A stretch of DNA of 64,000 nt from Macrostomum hystrix. Taxonomy: Eukaryota > Animalia > Platyhelminthes. The stretch lies in assembly GCA_950097015.1 (NCBI GenBank), contig CATNEN010000007.1, positions 4,526,001 through 4,590,000 on the forward strand. The letters run 5' to 3'. Positions 35,401 to 44,954 of the stretch are shown in pieces (the first letter of the stretch is position 1; every line of letters starts with the position of its first letter). A model generated the notes under the pieces. That model saw nothing but the letters and a program-made list of their open reading frames with translations, searched no databases and was not told where the DNA came from. Position numbers and translations under genes: made by a program.

Positions 35401-38400
35401 AATGAAGCCTTTTTTATTTCTACTCCTACTTTAAGAGAAAACCGTACATAGCGTCCATAACAACGATATCTAATGATTCGGCAACGGAGTTTTTTAAATA
35501 AAGAAAGTTTGTCCCTAGCAACCAAATTTCACTAAAATTACAAAATAACGGATTGCTGACGCCTTTTAATTATTTTTCAGAAAAATGGCATCCCTAGCAG
35601 CGCTCATGTAACTCTCAAAAAAGGAAAACTAAGATCATCCATAGCAACGGTCATTAAATTTCAAAGTATAAAAACTTAGCGCGTCCGTAGCAACGCGGTA
35701 TTATAAGCGAAAACTGTACACAGCGTACATAGCAACTATATCTGATGCTTCGAATGCAGAATTGTTTAAATAAAACAAAAACTTATCCTTAGCAACCAAG
35801 CTCCTCTAAAAATGCAAAAGTGACACAACGGATGGCTGACGCTTTCAAATTCTATTCTATGAAAATTGGCGTCCCTAGCAACGGGCCACTCACGATCCCA
35901 TAGCGGCCAGACTCAGGCCAGCTTGAGTAGCCTTCCTGAGCAGCTCCTTCCAGGTTGCATCGGGATTGGCCTCCTTAATAGGCCGCAGCCGCTCCTTGAT
36001 CTGGTTGGCAGCCTCCACAGCGGCCTGGCAGTTCCACTCGCTGGTCGAGCTGCCTCCGGTCACCTCGTTGTTGGGCAGAATGTGCGTATCGGTGGCCATG
36101 ATCTTTACCAGGCCGATGTCGATCTCAAGAATGGCAGCGGCGGCTTGCGCGGCCTTAATCCCAATGCCTTGGCCCATCTCGGCGCCTCCGTGGTACAGCG
36201 TCACGCTGCCGTCGCAAGCCTGCAGCGACAGGAACACCTGGGACGCCCGGCCGCGGTCGTAGAAGATGTTGTAGGAGCTGGCGGACATGTCGAGGCCGCG
36301 TTTGCGGAAGCGATTTTTCTGCGGACAGTTAAAGAATGCTTCCCTAGCAACGGTTACGATTCATGAGAAAGGCTTCCTTAGCAACGGTTTGAATTTCTAA
36401 GAAAGAGTTCCTTAGCAACGGATTTAATTCATAAGACAGACTTCCGAAGCAAAGGTTTCGATTTATTAGAAAGGCTTCCTTAGCAACGGAATCAAATTGT
36501 GAGAAGAGCTTCCTTAGCAACGTATTTAATTTATAAGACAGACATCCGTATAGCAACGGTTTCACTCAGTTTGTGAGAAGGAGTTCCTTAGCATCTGGTC
36601 TCTTAGCAACGGTTTGCGGAATGACTATTTGCGAGTGCTGATAGCGAGGCTTCTAATGATTTGTTGGACTTCCGCAAGAATGAAGAGGTCTTCTATGAAA
36701 AAATAATATTAATGGTTTGTTAATTTCTTGCTTTGACGTAAAAAACCACAGGCAAAGACACCCACAAGACTACTTCTAGAAGTATATTTTTCACCGAAAT
36801 TTGGCAAAATTAGCTACATGAGTCAGTTACTAAAATCAATTCGTTCTAAAATTTTGCCAATAAAAAGCTTTAAAAACAAACAAATTTCCCAAACCCGCAT
36901 CTAGGTTTTAGATTTTTCGATACATATAGGCAGACTGACCTTGTTGAACTCAGCGATCTCCGCGAGGCGTTTGTCCACCTCAGCCACTTCGCGCAGCTCG
37001 CGCCACATCAGCTGGAAATTGTCTCCACTCCGAGTGTTGCCCACAATGTCCACCTGGGCGGAGACAGTGATATAAGTTAATGACAGTCACCGATGTGAAT
37101 GACACTCACCGATGTGAATGACTGTCACCGATGTGAATCTGTCACCGACGTGAATGACTGTCACCGATGTGAATGACTGTCACCGATGTGAATGACTGGC
37201 ACCAATGTGAATGACTGTCACCGATGTGAATCTGTCACCGATGTGAATCTGTCACCGATGTGAATCTGTCACCGATGTGAATTTGTCACCTGTCCATCGC
37301 AGTACAGGTTGCGGTACTTGAAGTCAATGGGGTCAGCGCCCAGCTCGAAGGCCAGGTGGTCCATGAGCAGCAGGTTGGCCAAGCAGGCGGGCGCCGGCCC
37401 GGGGCCACGCACGAAGGTGCTCTCGGGCTTGTCTGTGCGCATGTGGCGCAGCGAGAGCCGGTAGCTCGGGCAGGCGAAGGCGCCGTCGATGGCGTGCTTG
37501 AACTCGTTGGCAATCATGGCCTGCATATTGAGGGTGTAGCCGGCCTCGTTGCTGATGTCCCAGCTGACGGCGCGCAGCTTCTCGTCCGACCCGACGGCCG
37601 CCTTGTAGCGAAGCAGCATGCCAGGCCGCTTCATGGCCAGCGCCAGGGTCGAGTTCAGGCTCATGTACATCCGCACCGGACGGCCCAGACTGTCCGCAGC
37701 CACTGCGCAGGCGGCTGCCACCAGGTCGATCATCATCATCTTGCCGCCGAAGCCGCCGCCGATGCGGGGCGAAACGACTCGGATCTGGTTGGCCGGCCTG
37801 GCGAGGACTCGTGCCAGTATCATGGCCAGCGAGTCCACCCACTGGTGCGGGGCCGTCACCAAGAAGCCCTCCTCAGTTGGAGCCACCGACGCTGTGAGCG
37901 TCTCGATGGAGAAGTGAGCCTGCTCGTTCATCACCAGCTGGCCCTCCACCTGGTGATGGGTGAGAGCGACCACTCATGCCGTCTTGGACTGAGGTGACAA
38001 TCCCAATTTACTTCTTTCCTAAAAATCTGGTTTCCGCCCCTCTCTCAAGATTTCCGCCCCTCTCTCAAGATCTCCGCCCCTCTCTCAAGATCTCCGCCCC
38101 TCTCTCAAGATCTCCGCCCCTCTCTCAAGATCTCCGCCCCTCTATCAAGATTTCCGCCCCTCTTAAGATTTCCCCCAGCTCTAAAGGTTTCCGCCCCTCT
38201 CTCAAGGTTTCCGCCCCTCTCTCACGGTTTCCGCCCCTCTCTCAAGGTTTCCGCCCTCGCCCACCTGGCATGGCTGGCCCTCGAACGCCTTGTCGAAGTC
38301 CTCGCCAACATTGTCATCCGGCGCCTCCCTAAGCACGGAGTTCTTGGCCACAGCCTCGGCAACGCTGGTGATCGGCTCATCCGTCTGCTCGTAGTCGACC

Positions 38401-41400
38401 ACCACCAAACTGGCGGCTTTGTCAGCAGCCCACTGCGAGCTGGCCAGCACAATGGCCACTGGCTGGCCGGAGTAGCGAATCTGTGTGCTCGCCAGCAGCT
38501 CCTCCTTTTGACTGCGGCGGATTGAATGGAGATGTGAGTAAAGTTGTGAGTAGAGTTGGTTCAGCTGAGATTGCATTACTTACGCGAACATCGGCGGTAT
38601 GAGAGCGGAGACCACATTGTTGTCATATTTTCCATCCAGATCCTTGGCCGTGATGATGCTGTGATAGCCTGGCACTTGCTGCATGCAGAAATGAGTAATA
38701 TACGAATACTTTAAGAATCAGTTCCCCACACATCTTAGAATCAGTTCCCACACATCTTAGAATCAGTTCCCCACACATCTTAGAATCAGTTCCCACACAT
38801 CTTAGAATAAGTTCCCACACATCTTAGAATCAGTTCCCACACATCTTAGAATCAGTTCCCACACATCTTAGAATCAGTTCCCACACATCTTAGAATCAGT
38901 TCCCACACATCTTAGAATCAGTTCCCCACACATCTTAGAATCAGTTCCCACACATCTTAGAATCAGTTCCCACACATCTTAGAATCAGTTCCCACACATC
39001 TTAGAATCAGTTTCCCACACATCTTAGAATCAGTTCCCACACATCTTAGAATCAGTTCCCACACATCTTAGAATCAGTTCCCACACATCTTAGAATCAGT
39101 TTCCCACACATCTTAGAATCAGTTCCCACACATCTTAGAATCAGTTCCCACACATCTTAGAATCAGTTCCCACACATCTTAGAATCAGTTCCCCACACAT
39201 CTTAGAATCAGTTCCCACACATCTTAGAATCAGTTCCCACACATCTTAGAATCAGTTCCCACACATCTTAGAATCAGTTTCCCACACATCTTAGAATCAG
39301 TTCCCACACATCTTAGAATCAGTTCCCACACATCTTAGAATCAGTTCCCACACATCTTAGAATCAGTTCCCACACATCTTAGAATCAGTTCCCACACATC
39401 TTAGAATCAGTTCCCCACACATCTTAGAATCAGTTCCCACACATCTTAGAATCAGTTTCCCACACATCTTAGAATCAGTTCCCACACATCTTAGAATCAG
39501 TTTCCCACACATCTTAGAATCAGTTCCCACACATCTTAGAATCAGTTCCCACACATCTTAGAATCAGTTCCCACACATCTTAGAATCAGTTCCCACACAT
39601 CTTAGAATCAGTTTCCCACACATCTTAGAATCAGTTCCCACACATCTTAGAATCAGTTCCCACACATCTTAGAATCAGTTCCCACACATCTTAGAATCAG
39701 TTCCCCACACATCTTAGAATCAGTTCCCACACATCTTAGAATCAGTTCCCACACATCTTAGAATCAGTTCCCACACATCTTAGAATCAGTTCCCCACACA
39801 TCTTAGAATCAGTTCCCCACACATCTTAGAATCAGTTCCCCACACATCTTAGAATCAGTTCCCACACATCTTAGAATCAGTTCCCCACACATCTTAGAAT
39901 CAGTTCCCACACATCTTAGAATCAGTTCCCACACATCTTAGAATCAGTTCCCACACATCTTAGAATCAGTTCCCACACATCTTAGAATCAGTTCCCCACA
40001 CATCTTAGAATCAGTTCCCACACATCTTAGAATCAGTTCCCCACACATCTTAGAATCAGTTCCCACACATCTTAGAATCAGTTCCCACACATCTTAGAAT
40101 CAGTTCCCCACACATCTTAGAATCAGTTTCCCACACATCTTAGAATCAGTTTCCCACACATCTTAGAATCAGTTTCCCACACATCTTAGAATCAGTTTCC
40201 CACACATCTTAGAATCAGTTTCCCACACATCTTAGAATCAGTTTCCCACACATCTTAGAATTGGCGCACTAACCTCGGCCTCGTCGGCCTTGACCTCGCG
40301 AAGCGTGGCTGGCGCTTCTGGAGCCTGCACAAAGGCGGCGAACAGCTCGCTGCGGGCGGCGGGCGAGTCGTTGACGTACTTGGCCTCGCCGGCGGCCTGG
40401 GCTCGAGCTTCCAGCTTTGGAATCGCTTGGCCCAGTGGCGCCGGCTGCAGGTCCTCCTGGTACTCCTGCACGCCAGTCTGAGTGCGCCGTTCGAGGGTGT
40501 CAGCTCCGCTGACATCAGCGGACGGCACGGCTCCGGCGCAAGCGGACAGGAGGCACTTGTAGAGCAGGTTCGCAGCCAGCGCGCGGCGGTGCTCCGGGCT
40601 GGTGCCGGTGGCCTCCTCGGCCGGGTTGGCCTCGGCCTCCAGGGTCTGCAGGGCGCCTGCAGGATTTAACAAAATCGAAGATGGTTCCCACCGGGATACA
40701 AGCCGAGTCACAATGCTCAACAGTCACAGACCTGTCACTGTCTCCTCGTCAAGCAGGCTGCGATTCTGCAGAAAATTCTCCGTCTTGGCGGCGTGATTCT
40801 GAAACAAATGCCATGTAGTAGAAGCTGACTAGCTGGTAGTTCTGGAGTTCGCTTAAGTACTTTTAGCAGATGTTTCAGTCCGAGTAAGCTCATTCTACAG
40901 AAAGGTCATGAAGACTCACAAACTTTCCGGAGATGCCGCCAAAGACCAGACTGGGCCGGTCAGTGACGCGGTAATCGTCCTTCTTGTCCACCTTCAGGCT
41001 GAAGGCAGCGTTCAGGTAGGCGTGCGCGTTCTGGGAGGCATTTGAGCGTGAAATCAAGAACTATCAAGAATGACTATAATATTTGCAGAGAAGCTGTAAG
41101 CATAGACAGCACCTCTGTAGCGATTTTCGACCCGCAACTTTATCATTTTACTGACTCGTGAGCACACAAGCACCCAGGTGAGTACATCCGCCCTGATTTT
41201 CTAATCGTCGGGCAGTTTACACTCTCCGTGTGCCTTGAGAGATGGGAAAATAAAACTCCGAGCTCCCAGGCCTTCTCTCTGCAGCTGCGCCCCGAATTAT
41301 TGTGGCCTCGCGCCACGGATTCGAACTCAGGCACCTTGATGCGAGAGCCGGACGCGTTACCGCTCAGCGACTCAAGATCCTCTGAGTGCCGAGAAGTGCC

Positions 41401-43837
41401 AAGAGAAGGTGCCGAGTTAAAAAAAAAAAGAGCGCCAGTAACAAGTTGCGCATTAATATCGGGCCCATCACATCGATATGAAGTCTAATACGAAGTAGAA
41501 GGCATCGATGGCGCTCAGAATCTCACCAGACGCCTCGGCGTGACCTTGAATGATTTGAAATGGTGGCCATCACCGGAAATGGCGGGCAGGTGGGCGCTCA
41601 AGATGACGCGGCCGCGCATGTCCTGTCTCAGCAGGTCGGCCAGCACCAGCTCCTGCTCTGAGACGCCGTCGGAGATGCGCACGGTGGCTCGGGCGGCCTC
41701 CATCAGCACGAAGACATCGGATGGGAAATCCGGGTGCGCGTGCTTCAGCATCAGGTTGCCAGCCCAGCAGGCGTTGCGTCGGACAGCCTGATTGGCCACG
41801 CGCTGCAGGTGATCGGCTGCCGCCGCCAGGTGTCCAAGGCCGCGCCGATGTCGGCCGGCATCGTTGAAGGCGACAATAAGCTCATGCAGGCTGACGCTGG
41901 AGCCGATGATCAGGCCGCCGTCCTTGGCATCCCTGACGCCGTACAGTTCGGGCACGTTGCGAATGTTAATCAGGTGCTCGGCGGTGGCGGCGTCCTCCTT
42001 GAAAACGCCGGCGGAGGTGTTGCCGAAGACCAGCCGGTGCGGCTGGGAGCGCAGGCGGCCCAACAAGGTCAGCAGGTTGGCCAGGCTGCCGGGGTTGTAG
42101 AAGCGCTGGCCGCGCCAACCGCGCGCTATCGGCGCCAGGCCGACAGTCGGAACTTTTTCCAGGGCGCCGGCTGAGCAGCAGCCGCGGTTCAGGTCCTGGC
42201 GAGTGGCGTGGTAGGTCAGTACTGTTTGCATGAGGTGTCTTAGCTAAAAGTACCCAGCCCCCTAGAAGCCGTAGATCCCCTCATGGCAATCCGGTTACCT
42301 CCAAGTCCAAGCACTGCGATTTCTTCGAGTCACAGGCCAAAGTCTTCATGGCGTCAAGGATTGGTCGGTAGCCGGTGCAGCGGCAGATGTTGCCGTCGAA
42401 AAAGTGCTCGACCTCCAGCTCGGTGGGCCGTGGATTGTCCCGCAGCTGGCTGTAGGCCGACATAACGAAGCCGGGCGAGCAGTAGCCGCACTGGCTTCCA
42501 AAGCCGTCGGCTAGGCGGCTCTGGATCGGGTGGTAGCCGGCCTTGGCGCTGCCGATGCCCTCGACTGTGACCACGTGCCAGCCGACGGCCGAGTAGAGCG
42601 GCGTGATGCACTGCAGAAGAGTTCGGGTATTCAGATTCTGACGCTTTTGAAAGATAACAGAGACTACTGAAAAACCGACGTCCCCCCCTGAGTAGCAGTT
42701 GGCATAAAACCAACAGAAACCGATTAGATCCCACATGCGCTCTCGGGTGTCTCGTATTTATAGCCATTCTGAACCCCTCCCAGCATGCCTATTGGCTGAG
42801 GCTCATCCGAGCTCTCTCATTGGCTGCAATGAAGTCGCAGATGAAAATTCCGCGGGTGGCCCAAATAGCGGTGGAAAAACCGTGGAAATAAGCGCGAACC
42901 TTAAGTTAATTAACAGGTGATACTAAGCTAAACCTACAGCTGCGATGGCTAACTAGGCGTACGTGCTAATCCTAGGGGCTAGTGACTCACAACATTATAT
43001 AGATAGAATTACACCTAGTCCTGTTACCAGGCGTAACTGCAACTGGTGGCTCAGCAACAACTTAACATAATGGATGCAGCCATTGCAGCGAATTTCTGAA
43101 AATACTGAATTTATGTAAACACCAAGTCGAGCTGCTTCAGGATTTAATACTGAAGCAATACGAGGGTTGGGAACTTAACCAGTGAAGTCTATGTAACAGT
43201 TGATAGACTCACCGAGTTTACTGGCTTGCTGACAGTCTCGCCACTGGATGGGTGCTTGTACACAGCGCACACAATGCAGCAGCCGCAGCCGGCCTCCTTA
43301 CACATCACCTTCGTGCCCTTGATCTCCAGCACCTCGCGGAGAAAATCGTTCAAGGACATCTCCGGGTCGCAGTGCCTTGGAACTGTTGCGTGGTTGCTCA
43401 AAATACACATACTGACACGTTACTGGTTTATATAGTAAACAGAGCGGGTAGTAGCCTAATGGTTAGAGCGCCCGACCATCGAATTGAAGTACGGGGCTCG
43501 ATTCCCGACTCCATTCGAACAATTTGTGTCATTTAGCAAGACACTTAACTCTGCATTGCTTCAGTTCACCCAGCTGTCAAATGGGTCCCAGCATTAGTTG
43601 GGGTGATTGAGGGTGGGTGTGGCATCCCCCCAAGTCCATGGACTCAACAGCCGTACACAGCTTTCAGATGTCGGGTGCACATCTGGCCTGACTGGGGCGG
43701 TTGTGATCAATTATATATTATTATTACTATTATAAACAGTAAGTAAGGAACTCACTCTCGTAACGAACATCGTTCACAAACAGAAAGGGGTCGCCCTGCG
43801 CCTGTATCTCAGTGCTACCTCTGACTTCACGATACAT
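29429..43837 (-). CDS. Aldehyde oxidase-like molybdo-flavoenzyme (xanthine oxidoreductase family), 14 exons, 1293 aa
   Basis: Exons (minus strand): 43837-43756, 43382-43213, 42610-42299, 42195-41527, 41030-40920, 40798-40732, 40656-40274, 38678-38584, 38511-38265, 37949-37290, 37053-36940, 36318-35894, 35302-35032, 29704-29429. All GT-AG and in frame, total 3882 nt. 2Fe-2S motifs GTKVMCKEAGCGCC and QCGYCSPGFVMS..GNICRCTGYRPI; FAD domain LVFGNTS, VRRNACWAGNL..FPSD; Moco domain QAHF, GGGFGGK, EVDILTGE, GQIEGAFVMGLG, KAIGEPP. Confidence 0.93.
29723..29790. repeat. (GGAATAGAAT)n microsatellite at the acceptor of the last aldehyde-oxidase exon
   Basis: Direct reading; pyrimidine-rich on the gene strand. 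Confidence 0.9.
29864..30060 (+). repeat. 5' LTR (197 bp, TG...CA)
   Basis: Followed immediately by the PBS; an inverted copy lies at 30618-30789. Confidence 0.92.
30062..30074 (+). promoter_or_regulatory. Primer-binding site TGGTGGCAGCGGT (tRNA-Leu type)
   Basis: Lies 1 nt after the LTR end; complementary to the ...ACCGCTGCCA-CCA 3' end of eukaryotic tRNA-Leu(AAG/UAG). Confidence 0.8.
30081..30600 (+). CDS. gag: Gag N-terminal/capsid part, broken at the inversion junction
   Basis: MAKSEQASLLPSKFSGDSNVRTWLSTFEDFADDCEWDD..RKRQPNESLRELAYSLKLL is a retrotransposon-gag-like sequence; the frame then runs into the inverted LTR. Confidence 0.85.
30618..30789 (-). repeat. 3' LTR, inverted, lacking its last 25 bp
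   Basis: Reverse complement of 29864-30035; preceded on the minus strand by the PPT. Confidence 0.92.
30825..34541 (-). CDS. pol: Pol polyprotein (protease-RT-RNase H-integrase), entered via a -1 frameshift
   Basis: Uninterrupted ORF (track 30825-34631). LDTGA (protease), YIDD (RT), CDSSQFAVGAVLSQ..NYSATDRE (RNase H), H..H..C..C plus IDIKG/SDQGRQF/ERGNR (integrase), GPYRV motif. Gypsy domain order. Confidence 0.96.
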   Translation of the reverse strand, partial: GKLLRVGSLGPAPTRSKGALRSAPSVFVKVHFGSVSAPALLDTGAQVSLMDKSLFDRLPCKIDCTDIGALPTAVDGSRLRCLGLSAADVSIGKTIRVRHRFTVVDGIQPSLIIGMDFIGEVSQAMTIDIKEGVVKFDSTTVPFSSEPARADCRLVPSVLVARVAATTELPARSEKLVWLKVDSSGEQGVFEPSEDFVKSTAILPARVLAVSDGCRIPVKMCNLAEEPVLLYANKAVGTFEGAMTDEDGRQEAAHETPVGWNINAELPERDAARLRQLLERNEDLFARHEYDLGTTALLQHQIELVPGARPHRQVQRRLPLSVRGQVDKKIGQMLDSGIIEPSTSPWASNLLVVRKKDGDIRLCTDWRQLNACTVRDAYPLPHLQQAMDALVGCSWFSTIDCRQGYHQVEVAEEDRHKTAFYSTRGLMQFCKMGFGMCNAPATFQRLMELVMSGLSWESVLTYIDDIIVFSRTFDDHLERLAEVFKRLRDAGLKLHKAKSAFGHRRVLYLGHLISEQGIAPDPGKVEAIRSMPSPTTTEEVKRFLGMLGFYRRFIPGFSQTARVLHDVSVKSRDFEWSSDCERAFHELKDQLTTAPVLRLPDFTKQFVLSCDSSQFAVGAVLSQLHGDAELPVAFASRTLNKAERNYSATDRELLALVWSLKHFRTYLLSVPNFRVYSDHRPLQGLLTTKDPEGRLARWLSTLQQFSFELLYRPGRDNVVPDALSRVAGTRLQPRWDDSSLHEEQRQDPLLSKAFQALTEGVDSLSDSWAAQVRELLDGASVSSAGVLLVGGRPVIPGHLRPHFLQQAHSCDQSGHLGVDRTGARLSERCWWPGLRRDVENWVASCAVCLAKKSPTKPQKAPLQSTCQPTAPWQLVQIDIKGPLPRTTDGKAYILSMCDAFSKWMETAALAGIDAVTVADALLKSVVLRHGAPQVLHSDQGRQFESEVFGRLCEQLGVEKTRTSPFHPSGNGIVERGNRTLGDMLATTVAENQQDWDSKLPYVTWAYNTSVHSTTGLSPYQVLHGWPPRLALDSWLISGDRPAADGEHHGFLRRTQENLQSAFDTVHSRLRSAQVERNRLANRDSRFVPFEEGQLVMLRNSVIKRGQTRCLSAKWKGPYRVLRRLGEVNYRIQDETGRRRRLVVHHDRLKRFVQRRASLELPAAADRRPPAADADNDGTAAEPPGQAADPGGDAVAFWPELQADEVHDEPPAAPAEPVIVPRRSARERRPPDLYMAGFA
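34529..34800 (-). CDS. gag: Gag C-terminal part with two CCHC zinc knuckles
   Basis: CFSCGELGHIARRC and CSRCSGKGHSAAVC; ends QPQGNF* overlapping pol in the -1 frame. Confidence 0.88.
37078..37289. repeat. Minisatellite, 17/19 bp unit (GTCACCGATGTGAAT(GA)CT), filling aldehyde oxidase intron 10
   Basis: On the gene strand the array starts at the GT donor itself. Confidence 0.92.
38030..38258. repeat. Minisatellite, 20 bp unit (CCGCCCCTCTCTCAAGATCT), aldehyde oxidase intron 9
   Basis: About 11 copies starting a few nt after the donor. Confidence 0.92.
38712..40261. repeat. Minisatellite, 22-23 bp unit (CTTAGAATCAGTTCCCACACAT), filling aldehyde oxidase intron 7
   Basis: About 70 copies; occupies nearly all of the 1595 nt intron. 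Confidence 0.97.
41140..41370 (-). mobile_element. SINE family A, diverged copy with tRNA-like head
   Basis: Reverse complement: TCGCTGAGCGG (A box), CTCTCGCATCAAGG, GAGTTCGAATCC (B box), GAGGCCACA, then GTGTAAACTGCCCGACGATTAGAAAATCAGGGCGGATGTAC. Confidence 0.75.
43447..43736 (+). mobile_element. SINE family B (CORE-like), near full length, in aldehyde oxidase intron 1
   Basis: A box TAGCCTAATGG, B box GGCTCGATTCC, CORE-like AGCAAGACACTTAACTCTGCATTGCTTCAGTTCACCCAGCTGTCAAATGGG, AGTCCATGGACT, (TTA)n-like tail. Confidence 0.85.
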
Positions 43838-44589
43838 GATGTCTCTTTGGGGCTACTCAAGCTATCTGCTCAGGGCTAAAATAGTTTTTATTTGTTTGTA
43901 ACTTCTCAGTGGCGGTGCCGTTATAGCGTCCCAGATTCTCACACTCTCTCACCTGCGTGTGTTTTTATAAGGTTTGCTGACAGAATCTTGCAACAACAGT
44001 GTGTCTAGACCCGCCCCAGTCTCAGTCTGTCTGAAGGGGGGAGGCGTGGAATGCAGCGCAAGCAGCAGTGATAAAGAAAGGGAAGAGCGAGAGCAGGGGC
44101 AGGGGCTGGGAAGGCAAGGAGGTCGGTTGTTTGTGGCAAGGCTGATAAGGTGAGTGAGTGTACCTGGGCTCTCTAGCCAGCCGAGAGTACAGTGTAGCAT
44201 TCTGACTGCAGTCAGGCACAACAGCCTGTTTGTTTGTGTACAATAGACGCGCGCCTGAGAAGGGAACATGAACGCAAGGGGTAAGGAGGCTGCCATTAGA
44301 GAATCGTTGAAGTACGGGGCAGACTAGAAGGCATGCAGTGCGTGCGTGACTCAACTAAAGTACAAGCGTCAGTTTCAATTCTCCTTTTATGTAAGAAAAC
44401 AGGTTCATTGTGTCGGTCGAGGAGTGGATGCAGCGTAATTAGTAACTCACTCTAACTTTGAGTATACTAAAACCATCTTTAGCTGAGCCTGTCAAAGTAT
44501 TCCAGATGAGTTGAAAGCATTTCTGCATCGAGCGTAATTAAGTTAGAGAGAAGACGCTGGGAGAAGAAAACAGCCAGTGGCGCAGCTGC

Positions 44590-44680
44590 AATTGGGCTGT
44601 TCAGTCCATGGACTGGAAAGACAGGATCACCACCCAAATTTGGGATTCGAACTCCCGACCTCTAGATAAGAAGCTCTCAA
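44590..44680 (-). mobile_element. SINE family B, internally deleted copy
   Basis: CAGTCCATGGACTG next to the reverse-complemented head GATTCGAACTCCCGACCTCTAG, as at 62700-62720. Confidence 0.55.
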
Positions 44681-44954
44681 CAATGGTCAAAAACATTTAT
44701 GACGTTTAAAAGCGGCTTCTTCTTAATAGTCGAAATGGTTATGGCTGAAACCAATTAAAACTTCATCTAATTTCAAAACAAATGAGCATTAAGTAAAGGA
44801 AACATTTGTTTACTTATTGCAGATACAGAATATGAAAGTGAAAAGATTTTTCTTGGATATTTCAACAACAGAAATCAAGACAACACGAGTAGCATAAATA
44901 ATCAGAAGAATTGACGCTTCGCGAAACATTTATTTTTCAGCAGAGTCAATTTCA

